Origin: Raillietiella orientalis
Taxonomy: Eukaryota
NCBI GenBank assembly: GCA_036172245.1
Contig: JAYWIR010000004.1
Location: 5,952,001 to 6,016,000 of the forward strand
Direction of reading: 5' to 3'
Length of the DNA: 64,000 nucleotides
Shown here: positions 1-15,300 of the stretch, in pieces
Numbering within the stretch: the first letter of the stretch is position 1
Layout: the number at the start of each line of letters is the position of its first letter
Translations under genes and position numbers: made by a program
The notes under the pieces: model-generated
Told to the model about the DNA's origin: nothing
What the model saw: the letters and a program-made list of their open reading frames with translations, nothing else
The model's database searches: none

Positions 1-3000
1 AAATATCATCATAAAGAATGCTTTCTCGGGCACTGAGTCCGTTGGATTGTGAAAGGATTTAGCAATGATTTTAGGATAATAATTTTAGGATTCTCTTAAG
101 TTCTATCCGAGTCCCTTGTGCGCCATCCGTAAAAATAAGTCACATTTCGGGAGAACGGAGTCACTTGACCAACACAAAGTAGTCATCACTGACTTACGAG
201 GACGCGCTCAATTGTGAAAATCTAAAAATGCCAAAAGATCAAATCTCAGTACAGAACGCATGTAACGATGCATCGTCATGTGATTTGTTATCTGAATACC
301 AGAGCTGGAGCTGTTTCCATTAATGGAAGGAGTGTGCCTTTCCAAACAAACAAACAAAAAATGACCGATAAGTGCGTTGCTAAAAAGCGTCGAGTCGAAG
401 GCGACGGCTCTCTTCTGGGAATAACAGTCAAGGAAGAAACAGAGTTTCGCTCTACAGTTTTATGAGAACACATTCTTAAATTTCAGTGTTCGAGATCTTT
501 CCAAAATGCTTCTAATGTTTGCCCACGAATGCGATGCAGGATGACGACGAGGGTGCTTTTAGACTGAGAGAATATAACAGGGAGGGATTGTGAACTCGAG
601 TAGAAGAGGAATGAAACATCCAGGAACGAATATTTGGTAATCGCAAAGCATGGGAGCATGCAACAGCAACCTTGGCAGGAAAGGTTTATTGTCACCAATG
701 CGCAACTGAAGTGGGAAAACGGCATCTCGAGGCTTCCAGAGGGAGGCATGGTCTTGGGGCCATCGGGCTCCGCTAGCACAGTTATCACCATCCCATCCCG
801 GAAATCCTGCTCTCGTAATAATGGCTAGCAACGTACACTGCGAAACTGTAAACTCTCTCAGGTCGTGTTCCGACACTGTTAAAAATTGATGGCCAGAACC
901 ATCGCGAATTTTCGATTGATTCTTTCCTTGGCTTTGTCATAAGCCTTGCAACCGAAAGCAGTTCTGCTGGTCGCATCTTCTCCTGATGCAACTCCTCGGA
1001 TTTCAAATCATCCTGCCATTCCAAAACTGTGTTCTTCAACAAAAAAGAGTTCTGTACATTGCTGTTGCATCTTTTGTTCATTAGGTCAGTTCTTGGCAGT
1101 TTTCTGGTGCTCGTGCGAAATGACGTGGGTTAACCGTCGGAAGCTTCTTCCTCTCGCTCAGCGAAATCCCATCCTTCCGAACCCTTCGTCAGACAATTCG
1201 TCCCTACTCTTCCTTGTAAGAATCCTGCGGCGTCCTCCGACGCGTCTTTCACCCCTAGCTTGGAAAATTCACTTTTTTTTTGTATGTGTGTCTTGAGCAT
1301 GTTGTCATGCCTCCTCCGTGAAATCCCTGGAGCCCAAATACTCAGTTGAACTCCACTGAATGCTCACCTTAACATGACTCGCCGGTCACCATGATAGCCA
1401 TTAGCTCTAGAGCACTGCCGATATTCCTAATTGTGGGTTGCGCCTCAGTTCTGTTCAAGCCTAGTGAATATCTGATGCATAATGCGCCCGGAGTATGGCA
1501 ATTGCTCTTCGAGCCATCAGATGAATGAACGATGGGTTCAGAAGTAGGAAGACAGTTTCACAATTCTCCGAAAGATGAATGTGATGGCGGGGGCTGCTGT
1601 GAATTATAGACAACATTTTGAAACCTCATATTCTCCCCGAAGCAGCATTCTTTTCGTCCGAGATGAAGATGATTATGAAACAAATCCACGAAAACAGCAG
1701 ATAAAAATCATCCGACTCCGTAGATGCAAAATGAGGATAATCCTATTAAATACGCCCCTTTTATGTATTCATGAACGATAACAATTAGTGACCCCAACAC
1801 GCAGCGACTCTCGGCGCTTCCACTTGGGGATAGCGTGCGGCCGTTCTTGGCACACTGGCAACCCTGGTGCCGATTTGCTCCGTGTGCGCCAATTGTTTTG
1901 CGTAGATCCATCTCGTTAGCTTATTTAATAAGTCGAATTGCCGGCTCCTTCGGTGATGCCCTTCAGGAGACTGCGGAAATCTTATGCCGCTCTTCTGCAT
2001 TGGCGGAAACAGCATCGCCGACGACCTGACATCTCCATGCACGTTCACGAACTCGGATGTGACTCCTTAGACAGGCAGCATAACGCGTGGCCCTCGCAGA
2101 GTGGTTTGTGGTAGAGGGCTGAGACTCGAGATTTTCTCAGTTTCCAAACCTCTTGCACTTTGTTAATTCCGTCGTTCTCCGGAGGTGCGGTCTTTATCGA
2201 TCCGACGAGGTTCCATCATTTACACTGCTTGTCCTTGTAGCTCTTGCAATCATTTTGCAGCCTCCTTTGATTTATGGGTGCTTGGGAGGACAAAGATCCT
2301 CAGAGTGTACACACAGCTCATGTTGCATTTCCGATGCTCCCAACCAATGGCACGTCCTCTTCCGTGCTGCTTGAACACATCGAACACGTTCCTCTTGTTT
2401 TGTCTTGTAATTTGCAGTTGTCTCACTTTCTGTAAAGGGTGCCTACTCGGAGTACAGAATTGCTCGCTCCAATGGTGTGGTAGGTGGACAAAGCTACTGG
2501 ACCTGAGTTTGTGAAGAAAGAGTTTATAAGCCCGAGGGCCATATACCAGTGCCGAATCAAGGCACCTGCATCGCTCGAAAAGGCTCCTGGAAGCGTTGGA
2601 CCGCGTCATGACAAGCGCGTTGCGTGACCGGTGGATCGCATGCAGGGAAAACCAGAGGAAAATGCGAAAACACGCTGTGCTTACCAAACTCGTGAAGAGG
2701 GAAAGCAGCGTGTATGAGTACACGTGTGCCATACGAGGCACACGCGTTCAGTACTTCAAAGCATCGCCTCCCTCGCACTCATGGCACTGAGGAGCACGTA
2801 TTTAGAGCATTTCGTTTCCCTGGAAATGTACACACCACTTGCGCATAACGTGAAATTTCAAGAAGCGAGTAGGTCTGTTTATTCATCTCCGGATGTGGAG
2901 TAGTCTGCTACTTTGTCTGAAACAACTTAAAGCAGAACTCAGTGCTATGACTGTGACCTCAGTAGTTTCTCATTTGAAAACGAAGAAAAGAGAGAAAAAA

Positions 3001-6000
3001 AAAAAACAAGATTGGATCATCTTGCTCATGGGTTTCCATATTTTTTGCTCGTGGTATCAAAAATATTCTCAAATCAAATTGCAAATCATTTGTTCTCGAC
3101 AGTAGCCCGGGTCCCTGAGAATGAATGAAAGGAGAACAAAATGGTGAAGAAGGAAGCAAAAACATGGGTCCTTCCCAGGGATCATCGGCTCGCATTCCTT
3201 GTGCACAGTGAGAAAATCTGTGCAACTTGCGTGCATTCAGACAAAGCCATCGTGGGTTTTTTTTTTTTTTCTTGAAAAAGCCAAAAAAAAACATTAATCA
3301 AGAAACAGTTCCACAGCATCTCGAGACAAGAATTGGCTGCAGAAGACGGAAGAAAAGGCGATGAGAGTAATGAGGAGAAAACCTGAGACGAATTTCGCAT
3401 TCAAAAGACAGATGAACTAGAGATGACGACTCAAGGCAAATAATGTCCCAAGATGATAAGCCGAGGGGCGTACCTGGAAGCCACTGTGAAGGCTACCAAC
3501 AACGCCCAACTGAAACTGAAAAGGATTCAAATTATCTCAACCCATATCACATGCGAAATTCTGTCAGAAGCAAAGGCGTAAAGTGACGGTGGCCGGAAGA
3601 AATAGAAAACGAAGGATTTCGATTAATGGATCACCATCAGTTGCGTTCGGTGAAAAGGGCAAGAGAGCTGTGAAAAAGATGAATTTGAACACTTCGGCAT
3701 TCACATGGCAGGACGTTCCAGTCAATTAACTTACTCCTGGAAATGCTGATGCGTGAAATACTAAACACAATCTGGCTGAAGTTTGCATAAAAAAGAAAGG
3801 CGTTTCTGGGATCAGCTGAAAATCTTCAGCGGTTGATGAATTCTTTGGCAGGATAAAAGACCAAACACTCAATTAAGCAAATACAATTTTGGACCTGTGC
3901 AGAAACCGATCACCGAAAAGTGTTCTCTCTTTGTCAAGGGAATAACAGGCGAAGCGAAATGCAGCATTCCATTGACACCTCAGCAACGACGGAAATGGAA
4001 TCAGCTTCCGCCGTATCAAAAACAAACGTACAATGTGAAACTTTGGATTCACGGAGAAACGGAATCTTAAACCAGCACAATCAGTAAAGAAGGGAAACAA
4101 ACGGATCTCCAGGATCATTGAAACCTGATTAATACGGCGACTGCTCTGATTCAGGAAACAAAATCAAATCAAAAAAAGATCGGCATTTTTGAGTGGATGA
4201 GACGTATCTTTCTTGTAATTTAGATGCACGTGTCCATCCAACAGGCAGAATGCAGCCAAACAGGAAAGATGTAATCGTGATCACATAAGGAAGCATTGAC
4301 GAAGGCTTCACTTTTCTAATGGGTATTTCGAAAATAACTTCACTTGACAGGATTTGCAAAGGATAACATATAACAAAGTGCACACAAACTCTAAAAATCT
4401 TCGGGAAGATTGCAGCAGAAAATTTTTCTCGACCGATCCCCGCATGCGATGCAAGATTTCATGTTGCTCCACATAGGTCGTCATGCTGACTGAAGAGATC
4501 CGTCATTTATAATTTATGAAAGGACTGTTCCTAATTGATGAAAAGAACGTGTAGCAGATTGTTTGGCTCAAGTGGAATTGGCGATTGTGGGTATCGCACG
4601 CTCACTCCACGGCTGCATGCACGAAAGCCTGCGAAGAGTTAAAAGGTTGCTTCACAGCCGTCCATTTTCATCTTGTCAAGGAAAGGGACTGACCCCAAAT
4701 CATGAGTGTGAGGGGGTGGAAGAAAGCTGCTTTTCCAGACGGACTGGTAACCGCAGATGAGTAGCCAGCGCTCATGGAAGGTGCTCGAAGGTCTTGCGAC
4801 TTGAAAAGCAGAAAACTGTCAGAGAAACAAATTCAATGAAAGGCATGCGGATGTTGACCTGGCTTCGGAACAGATTTGAAGAACAAGAGTCATGCTCGAG
4901 AAAGAAGTGTCATCAAATCTTGAAGGATTCAAACCTCGCAATGCAAAAAGGATTCCTCGTAATGTTATTCTGTTGAGGAACACTGAATTTCACTCACTAG
5001 TTCTATTTATAAACAATGTCACATGTGTGCATGAGGGCTGTGATCCAAGAAAAGACCAGTTTTACATTCTTCCGTACTCAGTTTACCAAACTGCACATTC
5101 TCCTGTGGATCAAGGCGGAAGTTTCAGTGTCGGCGCAGACTCGGAAATCAGAGTAACGAATCAAGTTGATGAAGTCATCAGGGTAGCTGTGAGGTGAAGA
5201 AATCATGGTGAACTTGCAGCAGCACGGTTTTTCTCCATCTCCTCGGAGTAGGAACAAAAATAACGTAAGCAATGTCGCATGTTCCTACGGTCAAGGAGAC
5301 ACCTACAAAAAAGGGGAACCTGCATACAACCCATGCACTCTGCATCCCTGCTCCCTGCGGAGATGTGTACTGATGTTTGCTAAGCTGCTAAGATCTGTGA
5401 TTATATCGGAAGAAATAACCACTGCATTTGGCCAACCTCTGGAACGTTTATGCCTGTGATCTGGAGAGCGCTCAGCCAACGGGGCTCTCCAAGAGAGACT
5501 CCCTAGCCATGGTCTTCCTAAATGATGTGTATTGCTTGCTTGACTAGAAAAGAATTGGGATAATGAATGGTGACTCCTTTCGTATCATTAGAAGTCGATT
5601 GGGCAACCTTAGACCACTACATTTTGAACTCTATTAATCTCAGATGAGGGTTTTTTCATGGTTCATGTGGCTGTTAAGGAAAATGACAAAAAAAGAACAC
5701 GCACGGAGGTTTAGGAGTTTTTTGAAATTTATTCCGGATAACTCTGTTTCCTCTTTTGAGGTTATAGCAGCTATGGTCTCAGCTGCTGATTTTCAAGGAA
5801 TAGTTCCCTTGCATAAAGAGGATGCAATTGCTTTTTTTGCGAGCGAAGAAAGATTTAATGAGCAACGGTTTGTTTCAGACGTTCAGGGAAAGTGTCATTC
5901 CCGAACAAACGAAAAGGACCCCGATTTTTAACTTGCAAAAATGAGCCACGTAATCGAAAATGATGAATCGAAACCGACTTCAACGAAGGGAGAAATGGGG

Positions 6001-9000
6001 AGGAAAATTTGCAAAATTCGCTGCCGTAAGATAAGCGCGAAGCCGCTTTGCCTGCCCAGATTGTGCAGCAAATGCAAGAGATTGATCCTCGTGATTTCGA
6101 AATAGGCATGGAAATATTCTCAAAACACCTCTGAGACCACTGCGCTGTGTTGACCACGGAAAATGAAATAGCTTACATGAAAAGGAAATTTCCTCCTTGT
6201 CAGCATCTTGCATCAGATGATGCACGTGCCTATAAATAAATGGCTATTTTTCGGCCTCTTGTGCCTAAAGTTCTCATTTAAAACGGTTCAAAGTCTCACC
6301 ATGTTTTAAAGTGAGAACGAAAATTTCAAGTCGTTCGCCGCACAAGCTGGAAAAGCAATGCAGCAAAGCAAATTTATGGAGAGATCAATCAGCTTGGACG
6401 TGTCCAACCCACGTCCTCTATTGCGGTGTTCATTGCAAACTTCAGCCAGAAATCTTAGTAAAGTAAGCCGTAATTTACCTTTAGAGGAATGAATTCAAGA
6501 TTCTTGGCCCACTCTTGCGCGTTTGAACGGGGAACGGTACTTGAAAACGATCTCACAACTCGTGTTACAAAACGGACTCTATTATTAGAACTCGAGTACC
6601 AAATCTAGTTAAAATAATCATGTACATGTGAGACACCGCATTATTTTAACCGGCATCCAGCTGTCTGGGTGTCGGCTAAAAGCACGTAGAATGACACGGC
6701 GTTTGCATAGATCCAAAGGGTGAGGCGAAAACATACCACGCAGTAAGAGAGAACGCACTCAAAAAAAAAAAAGAAAAAAAATCCTCTTGACCATTCTCTC
6801 CATCCTCTCTGCATCCAGTCACATCAATTGCAAACTGCCTTTCTTGAATAAGACATAGGTACACTGATTGATAGCAATATTTACTATTAGCCAATGCGAA
6901 TTTGCACCACTGCAATTGACGAAAAGAAAAACGAAAAAAATCGCGCTGGTCACTAAACCTATTGGTGACCCAAATTGCATTACGAATCACCCACGAATTA
7001 CGTTATGATCATGGCTCTTCTTACTGATGCCACACTGTTTGGGGTGCTGACAACCAGAGAAATGTTGGATGTGTACAAACAAGAATGGCAGGACAAGGGA
7101 AAAACACCAAGTTGAGACACGAAAATATAACCGGCGATTCCTGGATTGGCGAATGTATTTTGGACACAGGCTAAAAAGTGGGTCTAGCAAAATCATGAGC
7201 AATCCATAATGCCTAACAACAAGAAAAGGAGCTAAACAACATGATCGGGGAAGAAACATTCGACTCAAATTTTCAGAAGAGCAGGGAACAGACGAGAAAG
7301 CTTGTCGAGTCACCAACTTTGAGCTTCGAGAAGAAATAGGAGACATCAGTAAAGAAAGAAAGAGGTACAGATGCAATGCCAGTCACAAGGAGCCAGTTTG
7401 CTCGTGCACTAAAGCTCCACGTAGCGTTTTCCAAGAACTGCATAGATCTTGAAAGGGATCATGAGAAATCAAGACCGAAATCTTTGAGTCAGTGGAATAG
7501 AATTCCGAAGCTATGAACCCTAAATGGTGTCAAGATACTGTGGACATTTGAGTGATCTGCTAATAAAGAATGTATAAGGGATGCACGCATCTCTGAAGGC
7601 CACTTAAAAAAAAGAAAGAAAGGAAGCTACAGTACAACGTAAACTGTTTGACAACTCATGCTAAAAACGGTACTGACTTCCGTGATTTCAGCATCCTACC
7701 TCTCTCTCACTCTGTTAAGAGGCGGACCATCAGCTTAGTGGTTTGTTCAGCAAACAGTAGCTGATGATGGTGTAAACTTTATTTCATTGAGCATGTGAAA
7801 TGAATTCATCATCAACAGTTTCTTTAAGCACATCCAAGAGTGAATCCGAATTGAATGCTGCCATCTTTATGCTTGATTAATTTACAAATAAAGTAATTAT
7901 GGATACATGAACAAGATACATAGGTGAATTATCATTCGTATAATTCAACGTTACTTAAGAATGAAGTAAAAAGGGATGGAAAAAATCTAAAGTTGATACC
8001 AAGTTTAAATGGTCTTCTCGAATAAGTTCTACTTGTGAGTTCATCCGAAGCATCTAAAAAATACGCTGAGCTGAAGAGGGTAAAGTAAATCTAACGGGAT
8101 CTTGAACCCGAGTTATTGCAGTACTTTTTTCGGGAAAATGGGTCGTTGCTTCATAAAAATAAAAACCTTCGTAGCAATCTCCAGCTTTGCACTTACCTTT
8201 TGTAATTATCTATAAGAGTACTCGTGTATTACTCATGCGAAGACAGCTCTGAAGAAAATGAAGAATCTGCACTTAAACAAGTTTCCAACGAAATGGTGTT
8301 CTTGCGAAAAGGTTCCACCGCAATCATGAGTTCCAAAGTGAGGAACTTTTGACACGAATCGACCTGCCACTCTTCACTCCAACGTAGTCGTAATTCGTAG
8401 GAGTTATATGAACGTTGTCAATATGGAATCACGAAAAGAAAAAAAAAACACCATGGAATCTCGAGGGAAACACTCCTTCATAACTAAATTCGGGGAATCC
8501 ACGCATTCTTGGAGAATCACAACTCGCTAAGAGAAGCAAATCCAGGGAGAGCATGGAAACTTCCTCATCGAAACGTCAAAAGCTGAATTTGATTATCCTG
8601 GACCTCTGCAAACGCTCCGTGTTCCACGTCTTCTCAATTGTAAATCACGTCGTGTTTGACGGGATTCATGTACACCGGCATTCCCTACAAAAGTGGCACT
8701 TGTCTGACAGCTTCCTGAGTCACGTAAATAAAAATAAGTAGATCCTAAATAGGAACAGACCCTAAGACGGAAAAGTATGGAGCTGCGGTGTAATCTCATT
8801 GCATGCATCTTCTCTCACATATCATGAATCACATGCGTGATCCCTTGTGGATTCAAAACGAGAGTGAAATTCCAGTTCGAGAATGAAGGATGTCTTTGTT
8901 TCATTTCTTTCTTTCTTTCTTTTTTTTTTTTTTTTTACCACGAACCAGCTGTTTCAGATATTTCCCAGCCTTAAAACCGCTGCATGGTCTCTGCTGTTCC

Positions 9001-9300
9001 AAAATTAAGGTTTCCAAAGCTGTCGGCTATGCATTCGTTCTCTACGATTATTCGACGATTCAATTTTCCTTGAGCTGTTGACGCTTCGGTACTCCCGCTG
9101 ACAACTGAAAATGAGATCTCAGATATTAACGCACCTCTTTTTTCTGGACTGGGGTGTTTCGACATGCGGCTGGGTATGAGGAAATGCGTCCGATTTTTGT
9201 GATGGAGCAAATTCACCGTTCATTAAACGTATCAACGAATGTTAGAGAGTAAACACGCAATCGTTAATTAAGTATGGTCTATCCGTCACTGTAGCGATTC

Positions 9301-9340
9301 CTCCAGGAGTTCAGCGTCTTCCGACACTGAACTCCTGGAG
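9301..9340. repeat. Short hairpin: 14-bp perfect stem, mismatch, 3 bp, 4-nt loop
   Basis: CTCCAGGAGTTCAG-C-GTC-TTCC-GAC-A-CTGAACTCCTGGAG. Confidence 0.85.
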
Positions 9341-12300
9341 AAGACCGGTTCCCTCGTTGAAACGACGTCTACGCCATGCAACAGGGAAAAGCCAGATTCC
9401 CGTCTTGGACCATGTGTTTTCTCGCGCGGATGATAGGTGGCAGCAGCGGTCCGATCTCACGAGAGTTCACTTTTCGATTTTAATTTTCCCTGAAAGCGTA
9501 GGATTCCCCAGTGCAAATCGGGCGAATGTTCATTCAGTTCCGATCATTAATTTCCAAATTATTGCGATACCGGCTAATCCGATCGCGGCCATAAACTGTG
9601 TACGCTGATGCCAATTTAGATTCGTAATCCAACCGTTGCGTACGTTCCGTGTGACCTGAAAGCTGAAGCGCGCTTGTCATGCGTGTTTTTCTTTACTCTC
9701 GTCTTGGTGGTAAGGAGCAGTCACTTTCTTCGTCTACGAGGCCAAATGCTACAACGCTACCCCTTTAGCCACACGCACTGTTGATAATCGAAAGCATCGC
9801 GATGTGTAAATTGTGATTTCGTTCGCGATGACCGCAAGATGCAAAGAGCATAAGATGTGCATGTGCGTTGTTCAGCTTAGTATCCGATGGACAGTCTTGG
9901 ACATCCCGAGAAGAAAATAGCACATTGAGCAGCTCGTATGAATGAAAGACCACGGGGAGTATAGCAACTTCCACGGTTGAGAGGATTGGGGAGTGGTTTT
10001 CGTATATAAAATAAAAGCAATTGGATCTTGGAAAGACTACTGATAGCCAAAACGGATTATCATAAACAAAATTGGAAAGTTTATCCACATCTGCCTCTAA
10101 TCAGGGAGATTCCATAGCAATCCTTCACGAAATTTTGTAAGAAAAAAAAGCTGATTAATTATTCATCGGTTGTTTAAGTCTATGAATCACTTTCATCAGT
10201 TTAATGACATTCCTTATTACGAAACATTTTATACTAGCGATTTCCAAATTGGAAACAGTTATTTACAATCAATCTGAAGAATGAATCAATGTACGAATGT
10301 TTCTTTTTTTTTAAAAGAAAACACTTGTAAATATTCAAGGAAGAGAATAGATCCTCATAATTTTCTGCATGAGATTCGATAATTTTTTTAAAAAAATTCA
10401 ATGTCTGGTTTGGAACTGAATGAGGAGCGAAGGAGGTCAAATGACCAAAACAGAGTGAGTCATTTTATTTATTTAGAGCAGGTCTAAAATTTTGATAAAA
10501 TCCATCAAAAAGTGTCAACTCGTAAACAAAGTGAATGACACAGCTAAGTGAGATCAGTAGCGACGAAGAATAGAAACAGCCTGCATCAGGAATTAATCAG
10601 GAAAGGAATAGAGTATTCAGGGAACTCGTGGAAGGAATAGAAATCAGGGTAGACAGATATTAGGATGGACTGCTCAAAGGGAGAGGCATCTGTCCGGCGG
10701 TTTTCCTCAAGTCTCAAGGGGCATTCTCTTGTGGGGGGGGGGGGGGAGACAACGAGGTGCTTCAGCAATGGAATTCTTTTTCTTTCTTTGATGAGAGATC
10801 TCCATTAGTTAATTGGTTGCCAGATTTCCTTTCTGCAGAATAGGGTTCCATTTTATTCTTTGAAAGTTTTCGTTCGATCCTATTCAGCCACAAACACAAA
10901 GGTTCTCGTAGTGGATCAAAGAGCATTTGATCCACTACGAGACCAAAAAGACATCCACGCAGAAATGCGACCCGATTGGCCAGAGATTTGTCGTCCCTTT
11001 TACTTTTCCTTATGCACTTTTGCGCAGGGTACAGGAGAACCTCATCTGTTCGAAGGTGTTCAAAGACGAAACTTCGAAGTTGCACATTCGGGCACATTCG
11101 AAGCGTTGAGACTGATGACATCCTATGAAAGGATCACCAGGCGGGAAAAATGGGCTTTGAAACTCAGCAATCACAAAGCTGAAATGGTGCTCTTCGAACC
11201 CGCATGGGAAGTTGTTACTGGCCAATATGAGAGACCTTCCAAAACCCTTCAGAGCGGACTATCTATCTGAGGATATCTGAGGAATTCGAGAGGCTGTGGA
11301 GGGCACGCTGCCCAATGATCATCTGATGCATCCTCTTAGAGGAGAAAACCAGGTGCCTCACTCGAGGCAAAGAGAGTAAGACGGCGAAGGGATAAGAACG
11401 GGAATCTGTAGCCCAGCACCAAAGAATGCCGATGACAGAAGGAGCTACAGACAAGAAAGTGCCACCTCTTCCCAGCAGCGCATGAGTTCTCCAGAGACGA
11501 TCAGTCGAGGGCAGAAACACTGGGGGTGCCTTTCGATGGATTCAGCGAGCCAAGTTTCTTGGATGCGCTCAGTACCTCTTTCTGTCCTGATGAATATCCC
11601 GTTTCTTTCGCAACTATCCGGCCTTCGGACCACTTCAAGCCTCACATGCACGGGATGAGGTGAGAACGCGTTGCGGATTCCTCTTGCGCTCAATGAAAAC
11701 GAACCTGGGTTAGCATTTGCGCGAAGCCCCCCTTGCAAAGAATGCTGGGGTTCGCAAAGCCGAAGTTCTTTGTTTGAGGCAACTCTCACGCTTGACTTGG
11801 CCGTGTAAAGGACGTCTGTTGGCAATAGAGATGGTGGTCCACTTCTCTGAGAAAAGTGTCAGATCGTAGGTTCTTTCCAAACAAACGCGAATCGCTCAAA
11901 GACAGGTAAACTGGCGACAGTGAGACTGGTGGATTTTCGAAAGAGTTGGATAGCAAGAATCTAGGGGAAAAAAATCCTCCTCGAGGGACGTACCTTGATC
12001 TGAAAGACGTGCCAACGCTGTCCAAGATGGCATGGAAGATTTACGGTTGTATCATTGGCAGTACCGTCACGAGAAAGCTACCCAGCCGACGGATGCATTC
12101 TTCCAGAAACAAGCAACTCGAACAATCGTGAACAGGGACGCCCTTGGAATTCGAGTGCATCCTTTCTCTGAAAGAAGCCCTGAGGATTCCTGAGATACCC
12201 AAGAATTCTGCTACTGCCAATCCCAGTCAAAAACGAACGAGTAAGGGAACGGTTGAATCGGTTTGCATAGAGAAAAAACTATGATCTCTATGATACAATT

Positions 12301-15300
12301 CGAAAATTAAGATGATCGTCTTGGAAACAAACGCATGTGGATGATTCCAGTAGGTTAGACTAGATGGGCAACAGTGTCAAGGTTTGTAAATCTATACAAC
12401 ACGGCAAGGCATGGATGGAGGGAAAGTCCAATTTGGATGATTTGAAATGCTAACAGAGAAACCAAAAAAAAAAAAACTTCCTTTTATCAGGGTAAACAGT
12501 GGAAGTTTGCTGTGAGAACGCATGACAGAGACACAGAGAGTACCTGGACTTTCAGCAAGATCTAAAAGATTGAGGACACATCGTTCAAGTCCACACTTAA
12601 AAGGCGTGTTGCAGGGATGCCAGACCCTGGCAAGCCTTTCCACGTTGCGATGGATTCGTTCGACGTTTACCAAAATGCAAAACCATCAAAGGCATCTAAT
12701 GGGAAGATTGGTACTATAAGGGCACGTGCGTCAGATTCTCCTCCAAAGACAGCTGTTGAACGAAGATTCATTTGCGTCGCGACAAACCGAGGAATACAGC
12801 CGCTCCAGGAATAAGAATGGGAATAATGAAGCGTGGGACAGGGTTCCCCCCTCCATGGCCACTGGATGAGGAAGCCAAAAGCATGTAGGATCCGTCCGGA
12901 ATGCGTACCGATAGGGAATGCCGGCATCTGGAGCAACTCCTTGAGAGAGCGCCGGGACAGGCTCGAAGGAAACAAAAAAAAAAAATCCACATGCGCTCGA
13001 AAGTGCGTGCATATCCGCTTGCTGCGTGGAACGAGAGGATTGTTCCACGGTGCAACCAGCTGGATTAAGTCAAGCTGTGCAGAAACCGTCTTGATCAACC
13101 GTACTCGACGCAAAAGTCAGGTGTTCAATGGGAGAAGCACAATCGAGGTCATTAATTACTTGTGTTTTCGCAACTTCGCTGCGCAGGCTGCTGACTACGA
13201 AAGTTCAGCCGGAATTTATCGGGAAAATTTGAAAGGTCTTCACTTTCACTCGTCTTTTTTCAGACGCTGTTCCTTTAATGCAAATTCGGAATGCTCTGTT
13301 GATGATTCACGTCTGAGTTGGCCGTGAGCCTGGACCGCTGAGGATAGCTGAAAGGCATTGCGGTGCCGACGCGAGGGGGAGAACCCTCTAGGAGCGGGAG
13401 ATGTTCCTTAGCTCAGAGGACTCCCGAAAATGCACGCTCTCGCATCAGGAAGAATCCCTCGCTCCGGAAACTGCGGCCCGAAACGCGTTGGATCCGGGAG
13501 CAGGCGGATCCGTGAGAGGAATGGGAGGGCGCGAAACGAACCGACGAGGACTCGGGAGACTTCCTGGAAGGCGCGCTCTGCGGATCGTGGAGGCGAGGGA
13601 GGGGAGGAGGAACGGATGTCGCATGGAGCTTCTAGCCTCCGGACCAGCCGAAAGCGATCGAAGCCTTCGAGGCCCCAGGAAAAAGGAGGAGAGCTATTTC
13701 CAGGAAGAGATACGTCGAACGTCGTCCCGTACAGCCGAGCGAGCGCAGCCGACCGCGTATGGGACCTTCGCTTAGGATGAGAGCTAACTCGAGCCGAAGA
13801 ATGGAGCGCAGAGTGGGAAGAAAAACGGGGCTCCACGAAGACCATCCGGAGGAAGGCGGTGAAAGCAAAGACGTAAAAACGTTCACGGGAGTTATTTGTA
13901 CAAAAAGTAAGTTTTCCGAGGAGCGGAAGAAGAAAGCCTCCAAGTGACCTCGGGAAGGAACGAGTGGCACATTTCTTTTTCTTATTCTTTCTTTCTTTTT
14001 TCCCTCGCCTCACTTTATTCGTGGACGCCCTTAGCCTGAGAAAGCTTAAAGAGGAGGAGCCTTCAGGAGAGGGAATCGAGAGTGTAGGCTGCAGGAGCAC
14101 TGCGGAAAACCCCCTCCGGTTCCGGTCATGGTGACGTCCTGGAGAACGAAACGGGAAGGTGCTGCTGCTGCTGCGATCGCCACGGATGCATTAATCCTGC
14201 CTTCCTTCAGCTACGCCCGTGCTTCGTCCTCCCGAGGGAATCTGAGAGTCATGAACTTGAGGGGGGAGGGGGAGGACGGAAGCCGGATAGTCGCTCAACC
14301 GCCTAAGTCTCTTCAAGTGGCGGATCGTAACCGTGAGAGATGGGAACTTTCCGAGGAAACCGATTGCGCTTTCCATCAAGCGAAAGAAGGCTCAGGAAGA
14401 AGAAGGCAACGGCGAGTTTCGCCGGGGGGTGCTCTCCTGCATGCACGCGAGCTAACGGGGAGGAACGCGCCGTACCCAGTGCCCCTTGCCGAGCGATTGG
14501 TTGTCCCGCTGTGAGGAGCGCTCCCGAGGTCCGAACTGCCTGTGCTGAAGACACCTTTCGCAGTCAGGGATGCTGCTCGTTTTCTGCGTGCGCGGGCAAC
14601 ATGCGGGACGTGCAGTGGAGAGACACCGCTTGTGGGAACAGCCACGAGGCATCGGAAGCAGGAAGCGCTCCGAAGAAGGTTCCGGAGCAATCCTGGGGTC
14701 CACTGTGGTTCCTGAATCCAACAAAGAGGAGCTGCCCAGTTGGTGCCGGACAGCTGCAATGGAAGAGAACTGAACCCCGGCAGGAACCTGACGGCAAGAG
14801 ACAGATGCCGAAGAAAACAGTCGAAGAGCTCCGTTTCGAAAATCCTGGAAGGATCGCTACTACCGCCATCCCCCGTATGGTCCAAGGTCAAGGAGCTCTG
14901 TAGCCCGAAACGCTGGGCTGATGAATTTATGCAAATTCAGAAGAAAAGGAATTGGCGAGACGGAACTGATGGCACGTGGCAGCTGGGTCTGCAGCCACGC
15001 GCGCGATCGGCCCACGAGAATCGCTCCTCCGGCAGCCATCAAATTGCAATATTCCCGGTGCTATCCTCTGCAACACTGCCGCGTTCGCCAGGCTTCTGTT
15101 TCTGTGCCGAGTGCCGCGCTGCTCTTCAAGAGGCAAGAAGTTTACGTGTTGGAGGCAGTATAGTATTGTTATCGCTCTCTGTGTTGTCTTTTCGAGTAGA
15201 TCCAAGAATCAAGCGGTGCGAGAAAAAAGAACAAGAAAAAAAAACCCCTTAATTTTACGCAGGCTTGCTTAAGTCTCTTGAAAACAGCGGTCACTAAACG

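Noticed and set aside
559..876. EGF-like fragment GFPGWDGDNC on the minus strand
   Set aside because: Lacks the preceding cysteines of an EGF repeat and no partner exons were found.
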